A DNA stretch of 64,000 nucleotides from Azolla caroliniana (lineage: Eukaryota > Plantae > Polypodiophyta), in the NCBI GenBank assembly GCA_043228905.1, contig JBHGNT010000001.1, positions 1,674,001 through 1,738,000 on the forward strand, read 5' to 3'. The first letter of the stretch is position 1; every line of letters begins with the position of its first letter. Below, piece by piece: positions 1-10,476 of the stretch. The notes below the pieces were generated by a model. It was given only the letters and a program-made list of their open reading frames with translations. It ran no database searches and had not been told where the DNA came from. A program made the position numbers and the translations under genes.

Positions 1-24
1 GCATCAACATCTGGATCATCGGAG

Positions 25-2801
25 ATGAGTCTAAGGAGGTTCGACGGTTCGAACTTCAACTTCTGGAAGGAACAAATGCAAGACTATCTCATAGTCAAGG
101 GTCAGATAGACCCGATTGAGAATGAAAATCCTCCAAAAGCATACAAGGCAAACGAGTGGCTAAAGCTGGACAGAATCGTCCACGCCACGATTCGGATGCA
201 CTTGTTGGAGTCAATGTACTTCACAGTGCAATCATGCACGACATCGTTTGAACTTTGAAAAACACTGTTGGAAACTTATGAAAAGAAGGTTGCCGCAATG
301 AAGATGTATCTCATCCGGCACCTCTACAACTTGCGGATGAAAGAATTTGATTCGGTTCGGGCACACCTCAACGAGTACAAAAGCACAAGCTCCCAAATCT
401 CGTCTCGAGAACGGCAATCGATGATGAACTCAGAGCAATGATACTCATGAGTAGTCTCCCCTCTTCATGGGAAACTTTCGTTACAACCGTATGCAATGCT
501 TCAACAGCTGCAATTAAGTACTCCAAAGTCACGAGCGCAATCCTGACTGAATCAACTCGGAGAAAGTCTTTCGCCAAAGACTCGGCAGATAAAGCTTACG
601 TAGTACAAGGTTCGACCGACCGATCGAACAATCGGGGAAGAAGTTCTTCCCGATCGCCGAACAATCAGCGAAGCTGGAGCAAGTCCCGGGACAACCAAAT
701 CTGCAACTACTGCAAGAAATCGGGACACATCAAAGCCGACTACCGAGCACTCAAAGCAAAAACCGACAAAGCTCAGAGAGCGGATCAGAAGAGTAACCAA
801 CATGAGGAGGTCAACTATGTCGGCTCTTCAGCCGAAATTTTGACAATCAACCCGAACATATTGTCCATAGAGAACCTAGTTGAATCAGAAGTTCTGCTTA
901 CGACCGAGGAATCAAGCACATGGCTCTTGGACTCGGGCGCATCGTATCATGTGACACCTCACCAATCTCAGTTTTGGCAATACTCGGACCAGCACTCTGA
1001 CTCAATTCGAATCGGAAACTTGCAGCACTGTGTTATAATTGGAATCGGCACCATGGACCTCAATCTTCCGGGAGGCTCTACACTCGTACTACACAATGTT
1101 CGACCCGTTCCTGAGCTTTCAAGACCCTTGATCTCAGTCGAACAACTTGACGAAGTCGGCATCCGTGCCGGATTCTCATAAGGAGGGTGGACATTCCACA
1201 AAGGGAACCTCCTGCTTGCTCGAGGACCAAAGGTACATTCCTTGTATCCTTATATGTCACACTCAAAGAGGGTGACTTATTTTTGGTTGATATCCCCATG
1301 TCATCCTTATGGCACGGACAACTTGGACACCTCATCAAGGCCGACATAACGCACCTATCCTGAGCCGGTTACATCCCCAAACTCTCCTTCTCGGATCACC
1401 AATTCTGCAAGCATTGCCAGTACGGCAAACAAGTAGCCACATCACACCCGACATTAGCACCAAGAGAATCGAGTACCCTCGATTTGGTCCACTCAGACGT
1501 CTGTGGCCCGATGCTACATCAGTCTCTCGGCGGTGCTTCGCACTTCGTCAGTTTTATTGACGACTTGACTCGGAAGGTGTGGGCTTACCCCATCAGAACT
1601 AAAGATCAAGTGTTCTCGATCTTCTCTGAATGGCTTGCAATGGTCGAAAATCAGACCGGTCGGAAACTAAAATGTCTCCGAACCGACAATGGAGGAGAAT
1701 TCAAGTCTGAAGAATTCGTCAAATTCTGCCGAGAACGCAGCATCCAACGTGAATATACGGCACCCTATAGTCCGAAGCAGAACAGAATTGCTGAACGCAT
1801 GAATTAGACGATTCAAGAACACGTAGTATTCATGCTCCAACACTCCGGACTGTAAAATGGCTTTTGGGCGGAGGCTCTACTTACGACAGTACACATAATA
1901 AATAGGTCGCCAAGTAGACCTCTAGGACTTCAAATACCTCAGGAAATATGGATCGGCAGCACGCCGAATTATGACAAACTGAGGATCTTCGATTGCGAGG
2001 CGTATGCTCTCATACCGAAAGACGACCGCCGGAAACTCGAACCAAGGTCAAGGAAATGATTTTTTCTTGGATATGAACCCAACGGCGAGGTCAGATACCG
2101 ACTCTGGGACCCCGAGCACAGACAAATCGTCCGAAGTTCGGACGTCGTGTTCAACGTGTCGGCTATGAATAAAACGGCCGAAAGGCCTATTGAAGTCTGA
2201 AGGGTAATATTTTCCGAAGTGCCAACCCTTCATGACGGCCCAGCCCACAACACGAGATCGGTTTCACGGGTAACCGACAACTCTCGCACCGAATCCACCG
2301 ATTCAGCACAACCGAATGGCTCGGCTCCCGACCATCCGACATTGACACCCGATGCGACTAGTCCAGTCATACCTTGTAGATCCGAGAGACTGTCGCAACC
2401 TCCGGAGAGGTACTCTCTCTGAATTTTCTTTACCGACGTCAGCGAACCGACATCTTACGAAGAAGCATCGGCATCTACCGATTCAACCACATAGCATCTG
2501 GCAATGGAGTCGGAAATGCACTCCATTCGGGCAAACAAGACTTGGGACTTGGTCGAATTACCGAAGAATCGACGTGCTCTTCCATGTAAGTGGGTCTATC
2601 TACTTAAAGAGACGTCCAACTTGACCACCCCAAAGTACAAGGCCAGATTAGTTGCAAAGGGATTTCGACAAGAATATGGCGTCGACTTCGATGAAATCTT
2701 TTCACCAGTGGTGAAAATGATGACCCTTCATTTCATGCTCGGCATCGTGGCCACTGACAACTTGGAGCTGATTCAGCTAGATGTAAAAACAACATTCCTC
2801 C
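25..2801 (+). pseudogene. Host Copia gag-protease-integrase-RT (N-terminal part), disrupted
   Basis: ORF fragments 25-258, 438-1181, 1484-1807 and 2504-2801 carry Copia motifs; in-frame stops where Trp/Gln/Arg codons are expected. Confidence 0.93.
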
Positions 2802-3582
2802 TGTCGGAATTCCGTGCTCAGCCACAACCGAGGAACAGGATCGATTCACAGAAAACGGGAAATACAACAATGCACGAAAAACAATAGAGAGAAGGGTACA
2901 CTGGATGTTTTACGTGGAAAACCCTAAATGGGAAAAACCACGGGAGTGCAAGACTCCAACTATCACTATACGCGGGAATGTACAATGGCGAGCTGCAAGG
3001 CGACGACCTTGAGCTCGCTGTCCTCGCCACAGGCGGCGGTATTACACAGAGGCGTCGACCTCTTCCTTCCTCTTTCTCTCTCACTCTCTCTCGGCTGCTC
3101 TCACTTCGCTCCCTCTTAGTGGAAAACAGAAAAATGAGCAACAACATAAACTGTTTGCCCTAAGTCATATTTATACACATATGACTTTCGGGCTATTTAC
3201 AAATATAGCCTCAAGGGCTCTTGGCAAACATATTCACAAATATGTCCCCACATCCGGATCTCCCTCCGGGTACATTCGTCATCCGGCTCCGTAACCGGGG
3301 TCTTCAGCATCCGGCTCCGTAGCCGGGGTATTCATCATCTGGCTCCGTAGCCGGGGTATTCATCATCCGGCTCCGTAGCCGGGGTCTTCATCATCCGGCA
3401 CCGTAGCCGGGGTCTTCATCATCCGGCTCCGTAGCCGGGGTCTTCATCATCCGGCACCGTAGCCGGGGTCTTCATCATCCGGCACCGTAGCCGGGGTCTT
3501 CATCATCCGGCTCCGTAACCGCAATCGGGCTTGCCGTCATTCATCTCCGGACATCCCATCCGGAGGGACCGAAATCCCAACA
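2802..3582 (-). repeat. 3' LTR of the nested Copia
   Basis: Direct repeat of 7698-8478; preceded on the minus strand by the PPT. Confidence 0.98.
3280..3521. repeat. 28-bp tandem repeat (~8.6 copies) in U3 of the 3' LTR
   Basis: Unit CATCCGGC(T/A)CCGTAGCCGGGGT(C/A)TTCAT, period 28. Confidence 0.97.
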
Positions 3583-3592
3583 AACTCCCCCT

Positions 3593-6500
3593 TCACTTCG
3601 GCATGGGATGTCTCTCCAATCCGACCCTCTTCCGGCACGCTTCCAGCTTGTCGGGTGTGAGCACTTTGGTCAGCATATCTGACCCGTTCTCTTCCGTGTG
3701 GATCTTCGTCAGCATGAACTCCTGGTCTTCTATCCTTTCCCGGATCCAGTGATATCTTCGCTGGATGTGCTTCGTCCGGGAGTGATAGGCCGCGTTCTTC
3801 GCAAGGTGGATGGCACTCTGACTGTCGCAGTAGAGTCGGTACTCCTCTTGTCGGATACCGAGCTCTCTAATGAAGTCCTTCATCCATATTATTTCCTTGC
3901 CGGCTTCAACAGCCGCCATGTACTCCGCCTCCGTGGTTGACAACGCAACCGTCTTCTGCAGCCTCGACTGCCACGAAACAGCTCCCCCTGCATACGTCAT
4001 CACATACCCTGATGTGGACCGGCTGGTATCTTCATCAGCCGACATATCCGAATCGGTAAAGCCGTCGAGTTCGGGCTTACCGGAGCCGAATCGGAGGCAC
4101 ACGTTTGCCGTGCCCTTTAGGTATCGGAGTATCCACTTGACCGCGTTCCAGTGCTCTTTGCCGGGATTGCTCATGTACCGGCTCACCACTCCAACTGCAT
4201 ATCCTATGTCCGGTCTTGTACACACCATTGCGTACATCAAGCTTCCGACGGCAGAGGCATATGGTACTTTCATCATGTCCTCCTTCTCAGCCTTTGTCTT
4301 GGGGCTTTGCTTGCTGGACAACTTGCAGTTTGCCGGGAGGGTTGACCCGACCGGTCTTGCTTCCGACATGTTGAACCGGTGAAGCACCTTTGTCACGTAC
4401 TTCTCCTGTGACAGCCACAACTGCTTCTTCTTCCGGTCCCGGATGATGTGCATCCCTAGTATTTGCCTCGCCGGACCCAGGTCCTTCATTGAGAAGGTTC
4501 GGTGAAGCGCTTTCTTCAGCATCCGTATCTTGACCTGGTCCCGTCCGACGATCAACATGTCGTCCACGTACAGGAGGAGTATTAGAGAGTCTCCTCCTTC
4601 GAACTTCTTCACAAACACGCAGTGATCGGACTGCGTTTTGTGGTACCCTTCGTCGGTCATGAAGGAGTCGAACTTCCGGTACCATTGCCGGGGAGCCTGC
4701 TTCAGTCCGTAAAGGCTCTTCTTCAACCGGCATACCAGGTGCTCCTTCCCTTCCTTCTCGAATCCTTCCGGTTGCTGCATGTAGATCTCTTCTTCGAGGT
4801 CACCGTGAAGGAATGTCGTCTTCACGTCCATCTGTTCTACCTCGAGGTCCATGCTTGCCGCTATGCTCAGCACCGTCCGGATGGAGGTCATCTTCACTAC
4901 CGGGGCAAATATCTCGTCGAAGTCGACGCCCTTCTTTTGCTGAAACCCCTTCACCACGATCCTGGCTTTGTATCTCGGGGGGTTTCCGGCATCTCCCGGT
5001 TTCAGCTTGAACACCCACTTGTTTCGAAGTGCCCGCTTTCCTTTCGGCAACTCCACAAGTTCATATGTGTGGTTCTCATGCAGGGAATCCATCTCGTCCT
5101 GCATGGCACTCAACCACCTGCGGCTCTGGGTGTCATGCTTTGCTTCTTCAAAGCTCTCCGGCTCCCCCTCGTCGGTTAGCAGCACGTGCTCTGGTTCCGG
5201 AAATCTCCGGGGGGCCCTTCTCTCTCTTAGAGGATATCTCCGTTCCGGAGCTTCGGTAACCGGTTCTTCCGATTCTTCTTCATCCGAATCCATTTCGGGA
5301 TCGGGGCCGGTTCCGGTATCGTTTTCATCTTCTTCGGTCGGTTCTGTTTCTTCACCGTCTTCGGCCGGATCCTCGAGTGCTAACCGGTCCCTTGCCGGTC
5401 GGGACTGCTCCTCGTAGAGTTGATCCTCACCGGTCGACTTGGAGCTCTTCACCTTCTTCTCCGACTCCCAGTCGGCGAGTGTCTTGTCCTCCATGAAGAT
5501 GATGTCTCGACTCCTGAATATCTTCTTGTCGACCGGGTCCCATACTCGGTAGCCGAACTCGTCATCGCCGTAACCGAGGAATATGCATGGCCGGGTCTTT
5601 GGATCTAGCTTTCCTCTCCGGTCCTTTGCCACATGCACGTATGCGAGACACCCGAACACCTTCAGATGCCGGTAGGACACTTCCTTACCGGTCCACACTC
5701 TCTGCGGCGTGTCTCCGTCCAAAGGTACTGAGGGTGATCTATTTATCACGTATGTCGCCGTCGACATCGCCTCAGCCCAAAACCCCTTGGGCAATTTCGC
5801 ATGCGCTAGCATACTCCGGACCCTCTCCATTATGGTCCGGTTCATCCTCTCGGCCAGCCCGTTCAGTTCCGGCGTCTTCGGCACAGTAAACTCGAGCCGG
5901 ATTCCCTTCGAGCGACAGTACTCCGCGAACTGCCCCCGGTATTCTCCTCCGTTATCCGCTCGTATCGCTTTCAGCTTCTTGCCGGATTCTCTTTCCACTC
6001 TCGCGTGGAGTTCTTTGAAGACGGACAACACTTGGTCCTTTGTCTTCATCGGTGCCGTCCACAGTCTTCGGCTATGATCATCTATGAATGTTACGAAGTA
6101 CTGGGCTCCGCCATGTGACTTCGTTTCTACCTGACACACATCGGTGTGCACCAACTCCAATGGTGCGCTACGTCTCGTCGGTGGCCTTGAGTGGAAGGAG
6201 GTTCGGTTCTGCTTACCGGCCAGGCAATCGGTGCACTTTTCCAGGTGCACATGCTTCACTGGGATAAGGTTGTCTTCTGCAAGCCTCTTCATCCCCTTCT
6301 CACTCATGTGGCACAGTCTTTTGTGCCACAGCTCACCGGCAGTGTCGGCTGCCACATTCAGCTCTTCCGGACATAGCCGGGAGTTCATCAGGTACAGTGT
6401 GTTGACCTTCCGGGCCCGAGCCACTATCAGGCTCCCCTTGCTGAACTTCATGACACCGTTCCGGATGCTACCCGTGTAGCCTTCATCATCTAGCCTCCCG

Positions 6501-7666
6501 GCCGAGATCAGGTTCAATCGGACCTCCGGAACGTGTCGCACATCCTTCAGCAGCATCTTGCATCCGGTTGATGTCATCAGCCACACGTCTCCTATGCCGG
6601 CAATCCGGCATGTGCCTTCATTTCCCATCCGGACACAGCCATGCTCACCGGCTGTGTAGGATGAGAAGTATTTCTTCTCCGGGGTCAGGTGGAACGACGC
6701 TCCGGAATCGACCACCCAGGTCATCTCTACACCGGCAAGGTTCAGCTCCCTCTCTTCGGTAATGAGCATTATCTCTTCTTCACTTGCCGCGAGTGCCGTC
6801 GTTCCTTTCCGGTCCTGCCCTCGCCGATCCGGACCTCTCCGGTCCGTGGCTCCCCGGTATGCACCGTTTCTCTCCGGTGACTTCTTCGAATCGGTGTCGT
6901 CGGCTCCGTTGTCTTTTCGGTAATGCCGACAATTCTTCCGGAAGTGCCCCGGCTTCCCACAGTGGAAGCATGTGGGTCTTCCTCTTGATTGCGACCGGGT
7001 CCCCGACTTCTCCCGTCTTTGCGGACTCCGGTTCCATTGTCTTCCCCGTTCCGATTCGGTAAGCAGCGCCTTCGAGTCGGAGGCCGGTTCTTTATCTCTC
7101 CGACGCGCTTCTTCGTTCAAAATGCTTGTCTTTACCGTTTGTAGAGACAAGTTATCTTCGGTGCAGGAGGTGCTGAGAGTCACCACCAAGTTCTCCCAGC
7201 TGTCCGGCAATGTACACATCAGGATGATGGCTTGCATTGCATCCTCCAACGGGAACTTGATCGCCGCAAGCTGGTTCACGAATCCCATGAACGTGCTTAC
7301 GTGTTCCACCATACTCTCGCCGTCCCGGTACTTGAGGTTCACTATCTTTCTCATCAGGGAGGTCCGGTTCAACGCATTCTTCCTCTCGTAGAGGCCCGAC
7401 AGCTTCCTCCACATCTCATATGCGTTGGTGTCGTTCGCCACGTGTTGTAGGACGCTCACGTCGACGTATTGCCGAATGGTTGCAACGGCTTTCCGGTTCA
7501 GAAGCCTCCACTCCGTCTCAAGTACCCCCTTGGGTATTTCCGACCTGTCGATCGGTTCATACAGGTCCCGAACAATGAGCAGATCCTCCATCTTTATCTT
7601 CCAGTCGGCATAGTTCTGCGCATTCAGCACCATCATCCCCGGCTGCCCGCTGCTGCCGCCTTCCAT
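3593..7666 (-). CDS. Copia Gag-Pol polyprotein, ~1357 aa from MEGGSSG
   Basis: Gag, CFHCGKPGHFRKNC zinc knuckle, protease WVVDSGAS, WHKRLCH, integrase (HTDVC, RADNGGEY, NGLAERMNR), RT (QMDVKTTFL, YVDDML), RNase H (FTDSD, TEAEY, CDSQSA, NGSDMLTK); no stops; first ATG after the PBS is at 7666. Confidence 0.97.
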   Translation of the reverse strand: MEGGSSGQPGMMVLNAQNYADWKIKMEDLLIVRDLYEPIDRSEIPKGVLETEWRLLNRKAVATIRQYVDVSVLQHVANDTNAYEMWRKLSGLYERKNALNRTSLMRKIVNLKYRDGESMVEHVSTFMGFVNQLAAIKFPLEDAMQAIILMCTLPDSWENLVVTLSTSCTEDNLSLQTVKTSILNEEARRRDKEPASDSKALLTESERGRQWNRSPQRREKSGTRSQSRGRPTCFHCGKPGHFRKNCRHYRKDNGADDTDSKKSPERNGAYRGATDRRGPDRRGQDRKGTTALAASEEEIMLITEERELNLAGVEMTWVVDSGASFHLTPEKKYFSSYTAGEHGCVRMGNEGTCRIAGIGDVWLMTSTGCKMLLKDVRHVPEVRLNLISAGRLDDEGYTGSIRNGVMKFSKGSLIVARARKVNTLYLMNSRLCPEELNVAADTAGELWHKRLCHMSEKGMKRLAEDNLIPVKHVHLEKCTDCLAGKQNRTSFHSRPPTRRSAPLELVHTDVCQVETKSHGGAQYFVTFIDDHSRRLWTAPMKTKDQVLSVFKELHARVERESGKKLKAIRADNGGEYRGQFAEYCRSKGIRLEFTVPKTPELNGLAERMNRTIMERVRSMLAHAKLPKGFWAEAMSTATYVINRSPSVPLDGDTPQRVWTGKEVSYRHLKVFGCLAYVHVAKDRRGKLDPKTRPCIFLGYGDDEFGYRVWDPVDKKIFRSRDIIFMEDKTLADWESEKKVKSSKSTGEDQLYEEQSRPARDRLALEDPAEDGEETEPTEEDENDTGTGPDPEMDSDEEESEEPVTEAPERRYPLRERRAPRRFPEPEHVLLTDEGEPESFEEAKHDTQSRRWLSAMQDEMDSLHENHTYELVELPKGKRALRNKWVFKLKPGDAGNPPRYKARIVVKGFQQKKGVDFDEIFAPVVKMTSIRTVLSIAASMDLEVEQMDVKTTFLHGDLEEEIYMQQPEGFEKEGKEHLVCRLKKSLYGLKQAPRQWYRKFDSFMTDEGYHKTQSDHCVFVKKFEGGDSLILLLYVDDMLIVGRDQVKIRMLKKALHRTFSMKDLGPARQILGMHIIRDRKKKQLWLSQEKYVTKVLHRFNMSEARPVGSTLPANCKLSSKQSPKTKAEKEDMMKVPYASAVGSLMYAMVCTRPDIGYAVGVVSRYMSNPGKEHWNAVKWILRYLKGTANVCLRFGSGKPELDGFTDSDMSADEDTSRSTSGYVMTYAGGAVSWQSRLQKTVALSTTEAEYMAAVEAGKEIIWMKDFIRELGIRQEEYRLYCDSQSAIHLAKNAAYHSRTKHIQRRYHWIRERIEDQEFMLTKIHTEENGSDMLTKVLTPDKLEACRKRVGLERHPMPK

Positions 7667-7697
7667 TTTCTGTGTTACCGTCGCTCTGATACCACTT

Positions 7698-8478
7698 TGT
7701 CGGAATTCCGTGCTCAGCCACAACCGAGGAACAGGATCGATTCACAGAAAACGGGAAATACAACAATGCACGAAAAACAATAGAGAGAAGGGTACACTGG
7801 ATGTTTTACGTGGAAAACCCTAAATGGGAAAAACCACGGGAGTGCAAGACTCCAACTATCACTATACGCGGGAATGTACAATGGCGAGCTGCAAGGCGAC
7901 GACCTTGAGCTCGCTGTCCTCGCCACAGGCGGCGGTATTACACAGAGGCGTCGACCTCTTCCTTCCTCTTTCTCTCTCACTCTCTCTCGGCTGCTCTCAC
8001 TTCGCTCCCTCTTAGTGGAAAACAGAAAAATGAGCAACAACATAAACTGTTTGCCCTAAGTCATATTTATACACATATGACTTTCGGGCTATTTACAAAT
8101 ATAGCCTCAAGGGCTCTTGGCAAACATATTCACAAATATGTCCCCGCATCCGGATCTCCCTCCGGGTACATTCGTCATCCGGCTCCGTAACCGGGGTCTT
8201 CAGCATCCGGCTCCGTAGCCGGGGTATTCATCATCCGGCTCCGTAGCCGGGGTATTCATCATCCGGCTCCGTAGCCGGGGTCTTCATCATCCGGCTCCGT
8301 AGCCGGGGTCTTCATCATCCGGCTCCGTAGCCGGGGTCTTCATCATCCGGCTCCGTAGCCGGGGTCTTCATCATCCGGCACCGTAGCCGGGGTCTTCATC
8401 ATCCGGCTCCGTAACCGCAACCGGGCTTGCCGTCATTCATCTCCGGACATCCCATCCGGAGGGACCGAAATCCCAACA
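7698..8478 (-). repeat. 5' LTR of the nested Copia
   Basis: Direct repeat of 2802-3582 with 5 mismatches seen by eye; adjacent to the PBS; TATAAATA on the minus strand at 8064-8071. Confidence 0.98.
8176..8417. repeat. 28-bp tandem repeat (~8.6 copies) in U3 of the 5' LTR
   Basis: Same unit and copy number as 3280-3521. Confidence 0.97.
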
Positions 8479-9665
8479 CCTCCAAGGTGACCTACAGGAG
8501 GAAATCTATATGGAGCAGCCGAAAGGCTTTATGGCATCCGGCCAGGAACATCTAGTCTGCCGAGTCAAGAAGAGTCTACGGCCTGAAACAGGCACCCCCA
8601 CAGTGGTACAAGAAGTTCGACGACTTCATCCAATCGGTCAGCTTCTCAAAGAGCGATGAGGACCACTGTCTCTTCACCAAAACAGCTCAAGACGGGTCTC
8701 CCGTCATCCTTATCATTTACGTGGACGACATGCTACTCTCCGGTCGGCATGCCGGAGAGCTCACCGAACTCGTTCAGGAATTGCGGTTGAAGTTTGCCAT
8801 GAAGGACCTCGGTCCGGCACGACACATACTTGGTATGAAGATTAGTCGGTATCGCGATACACGACAACTTTTCTTGTCTCAAACCGACTACACGGACGTG
8901 TCTTAGAACGCTTCAACATGCAATCGGCCAAGTCTGCTTTGACCCCGCTCCCCATCAACCTTCGGCTATCTCAGCGAGACTGTCCGACATCCGGAGGGGG
9001 AAGATATGAAGTCAGTACCATATGCACCAGTAGCCAGCTCCCTCATGCACGCGATGGTCGCGATACGGCCTGATATTTCTCACGTCGTAGGTGTCGTCAG
9101 CAGATTCATGCACAACCTCGGTCGATCGCACTAGAACGCAATCAAGCATGTGTTCAGATATCTAGTTGGCACAAAAGACCACGGCATTCTTTTTGGCCCG
9201 AACTCAACCTCAGGCATAGTCGGTTACACCAACTCGGACTTCGTCGGCTGTGTGGACAGTCGGAAATCAACAACCGGATATTGTTTCAAATTCGGCAATG
9301 GAGCAATCTCATGGAAGTCAAAACTTCAGGAGTGCACAACCACCTCAACGACCGAAGCGGAATATGTAGCTGCATCCAACGCGGCAAAAGAAGCTCTATG
9401 GCTCGGTCGGCTGGTGCACACGTTTCGACAGGTCGACTCCGACTCGGCTCCAGTTGTCTACAACGACAATCAGGGTGTTGTTGCTTTGTCAAAAAATCCG
9501 GTTCACCACAACGCCTATAAGCATATCGACGTTCGATATCACTTCGTTCGGAACTGCGTCATTTCAGGGAAAATCGGTCTCGAGAAGATATCCACGACCG
9601 ATAATGTCGCAGATGGAATGACCAAGTGTCTTTCGGCGGATCGTTTCCGGTACCTTCGGCACTAG
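8479..9665 (+). pseudogene. Host Copia RT-RNase H (C-terminal part), disrupted
   Basis: Reading resumes after the TSD as QGDLQEEIYMEQPKGF; YVDDML at ~8718-8735; ORF 9150-9665 has SRKSTTGY, ISWKSK, STTEAEY, KHIDVRYHFVR. Confidence 0.93.
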
Positions 9666-9895
9666 ATGGGCGTAACGAAAAATCGATCCGGTTAAAGTCG
9701 GACACACAACACAGGATGGTTTCGAACCACCGACATCGGTTCTCTAAGGATCGGGTTTAACTCTTCCGACCCGACCAATTCGGTCTTCTGTCTTCGGATC
9801 TTGCTGACTCTGACAAAACCGATATGTCCGATAAACCTTGTATATATACCTGTAATTCCTTAAGATAACCCATGTATAAGCCCATTACGGGGGAG

Positions 9896-10186
9896 TGTCG
9901 AATACGAGTGTATAATGGTCGTATTCACATTGTGCCTTTGGACAGCCCATGTTCGGGCTATTTCTGTAAATAGCATAAAGGGCAGTTGCCCTAGGATAGT
10001 CACTATATAAAGTGACTTTGTAACCTTTAGTGAAGGTTGGTTGTCATTTGTAATTGTTGCTATTGGAATATAACGTTTCCTTTGTGCCTCTCTCTTCCTC
10101 TGTGTCTATCTTGCTCATGCATACACAGGTTCTTCTTCAATTCGAATGTTGCTTGTACTTCCGCATTGATGGCCTTGTCCCCAACA
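9896..10186 (+). repeat. 3' LTR of the host Copia (~291 bp)
   Basis: Follows the PPT directly, starts TGTCG, ends CCCCAACA, contains TATATAAA at ~10004; the partner LTR is outside the window so the end is inferred. Confidence 0.8.
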
Positions 10187-10476
10187 CTAACAACTGTACA
10201 CCAATGAATTATTAGATTACCCAAACAAATCATAATATTTGGGTTTTGACCAATAAAATTATAAGGGTCACGTTATGTATTTAAGAAAGTTAAGCAAAAT
10301 GCGGTTGAGTTAGTCAAGAAGATATGGTTGATGCTCCTGCATACTCTAAGAGGTCAATACGAGGCAATAACTGGTAAGCCCAATGTTGTGTTTTGTGAGC
10401 AACAACATTTTCGAGATATTTGGAAAAAGGCAGAGGCCTTCACCTCTTTTAGGGAAATAATAAAGTGGAGATACGC

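Larger units (their letters stand above)
2802..8478 (-). mobile_element. Intact young Ty1/Copia LTR retrotransposon (Tork/Tnt1-like), nested in the host RT
   Basis: 781-bp LTRs at 2802-3582 and 7698-8478 with TG...CA ends; 5-bp TSD CCTCC at 2797-2801 and 8479-8483; PBS TGGTATCAGAGC (tRNA-iMet) at 7683-7694; PPT AGGGGGAG at 3585-3592; uninterrupted polyprotein ORF. Confidence 0.99.
1..10186 (+). mobile_element. Degenerate Ty1/Copia LTR retrotransposon (host element); 5' LTR lies upstream of the window; interrupted at 2802-8478 by a nested element
   Basis: Gag (25-), zinc knuckle remnant CNYCKKSGH, protease WLLDSGAS, integrase (HSDVCGP, RTDNGGEF), RT (QLDVKTTFL|QGDLQEEIYM, YVDDML) and RNase H (TEAEY, NVADGMTK) in Copia order, broken by many stops and frameshifts; PPT GGGGGAG 9889-9895; TG...CA LTR 9896-10186. 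Confidence 0.95.

Noticed and set aside
2818-3163. Identical short ORFs repeated at 2818-3163 and 7714-8059
   Set aside because: They are translations of the duplicated LTR, not genes
3280-3521. 28-bp palindromic repeats resembling a CRISPR array (also 8176-8417)
   Set aside because: Units are head-to-tail with no unique spacers, lie inside LTRs of a eukaryotic retrotransposon, and no cas genes are present
3698-7613. Many 60-185 aa ORFs overlapping or antisense to the Copia polyprotein
   Set aside because: Shadow ORFs expected from a GC-rich, stop-poor coding region; no recognisable domains
7667-7723. N-terminal 19 aa of the 1376-aa ORF call
   Set aside because: Starts at a non-ATG codon within the LTR/PBS; the realistic start is the ATG at 7666
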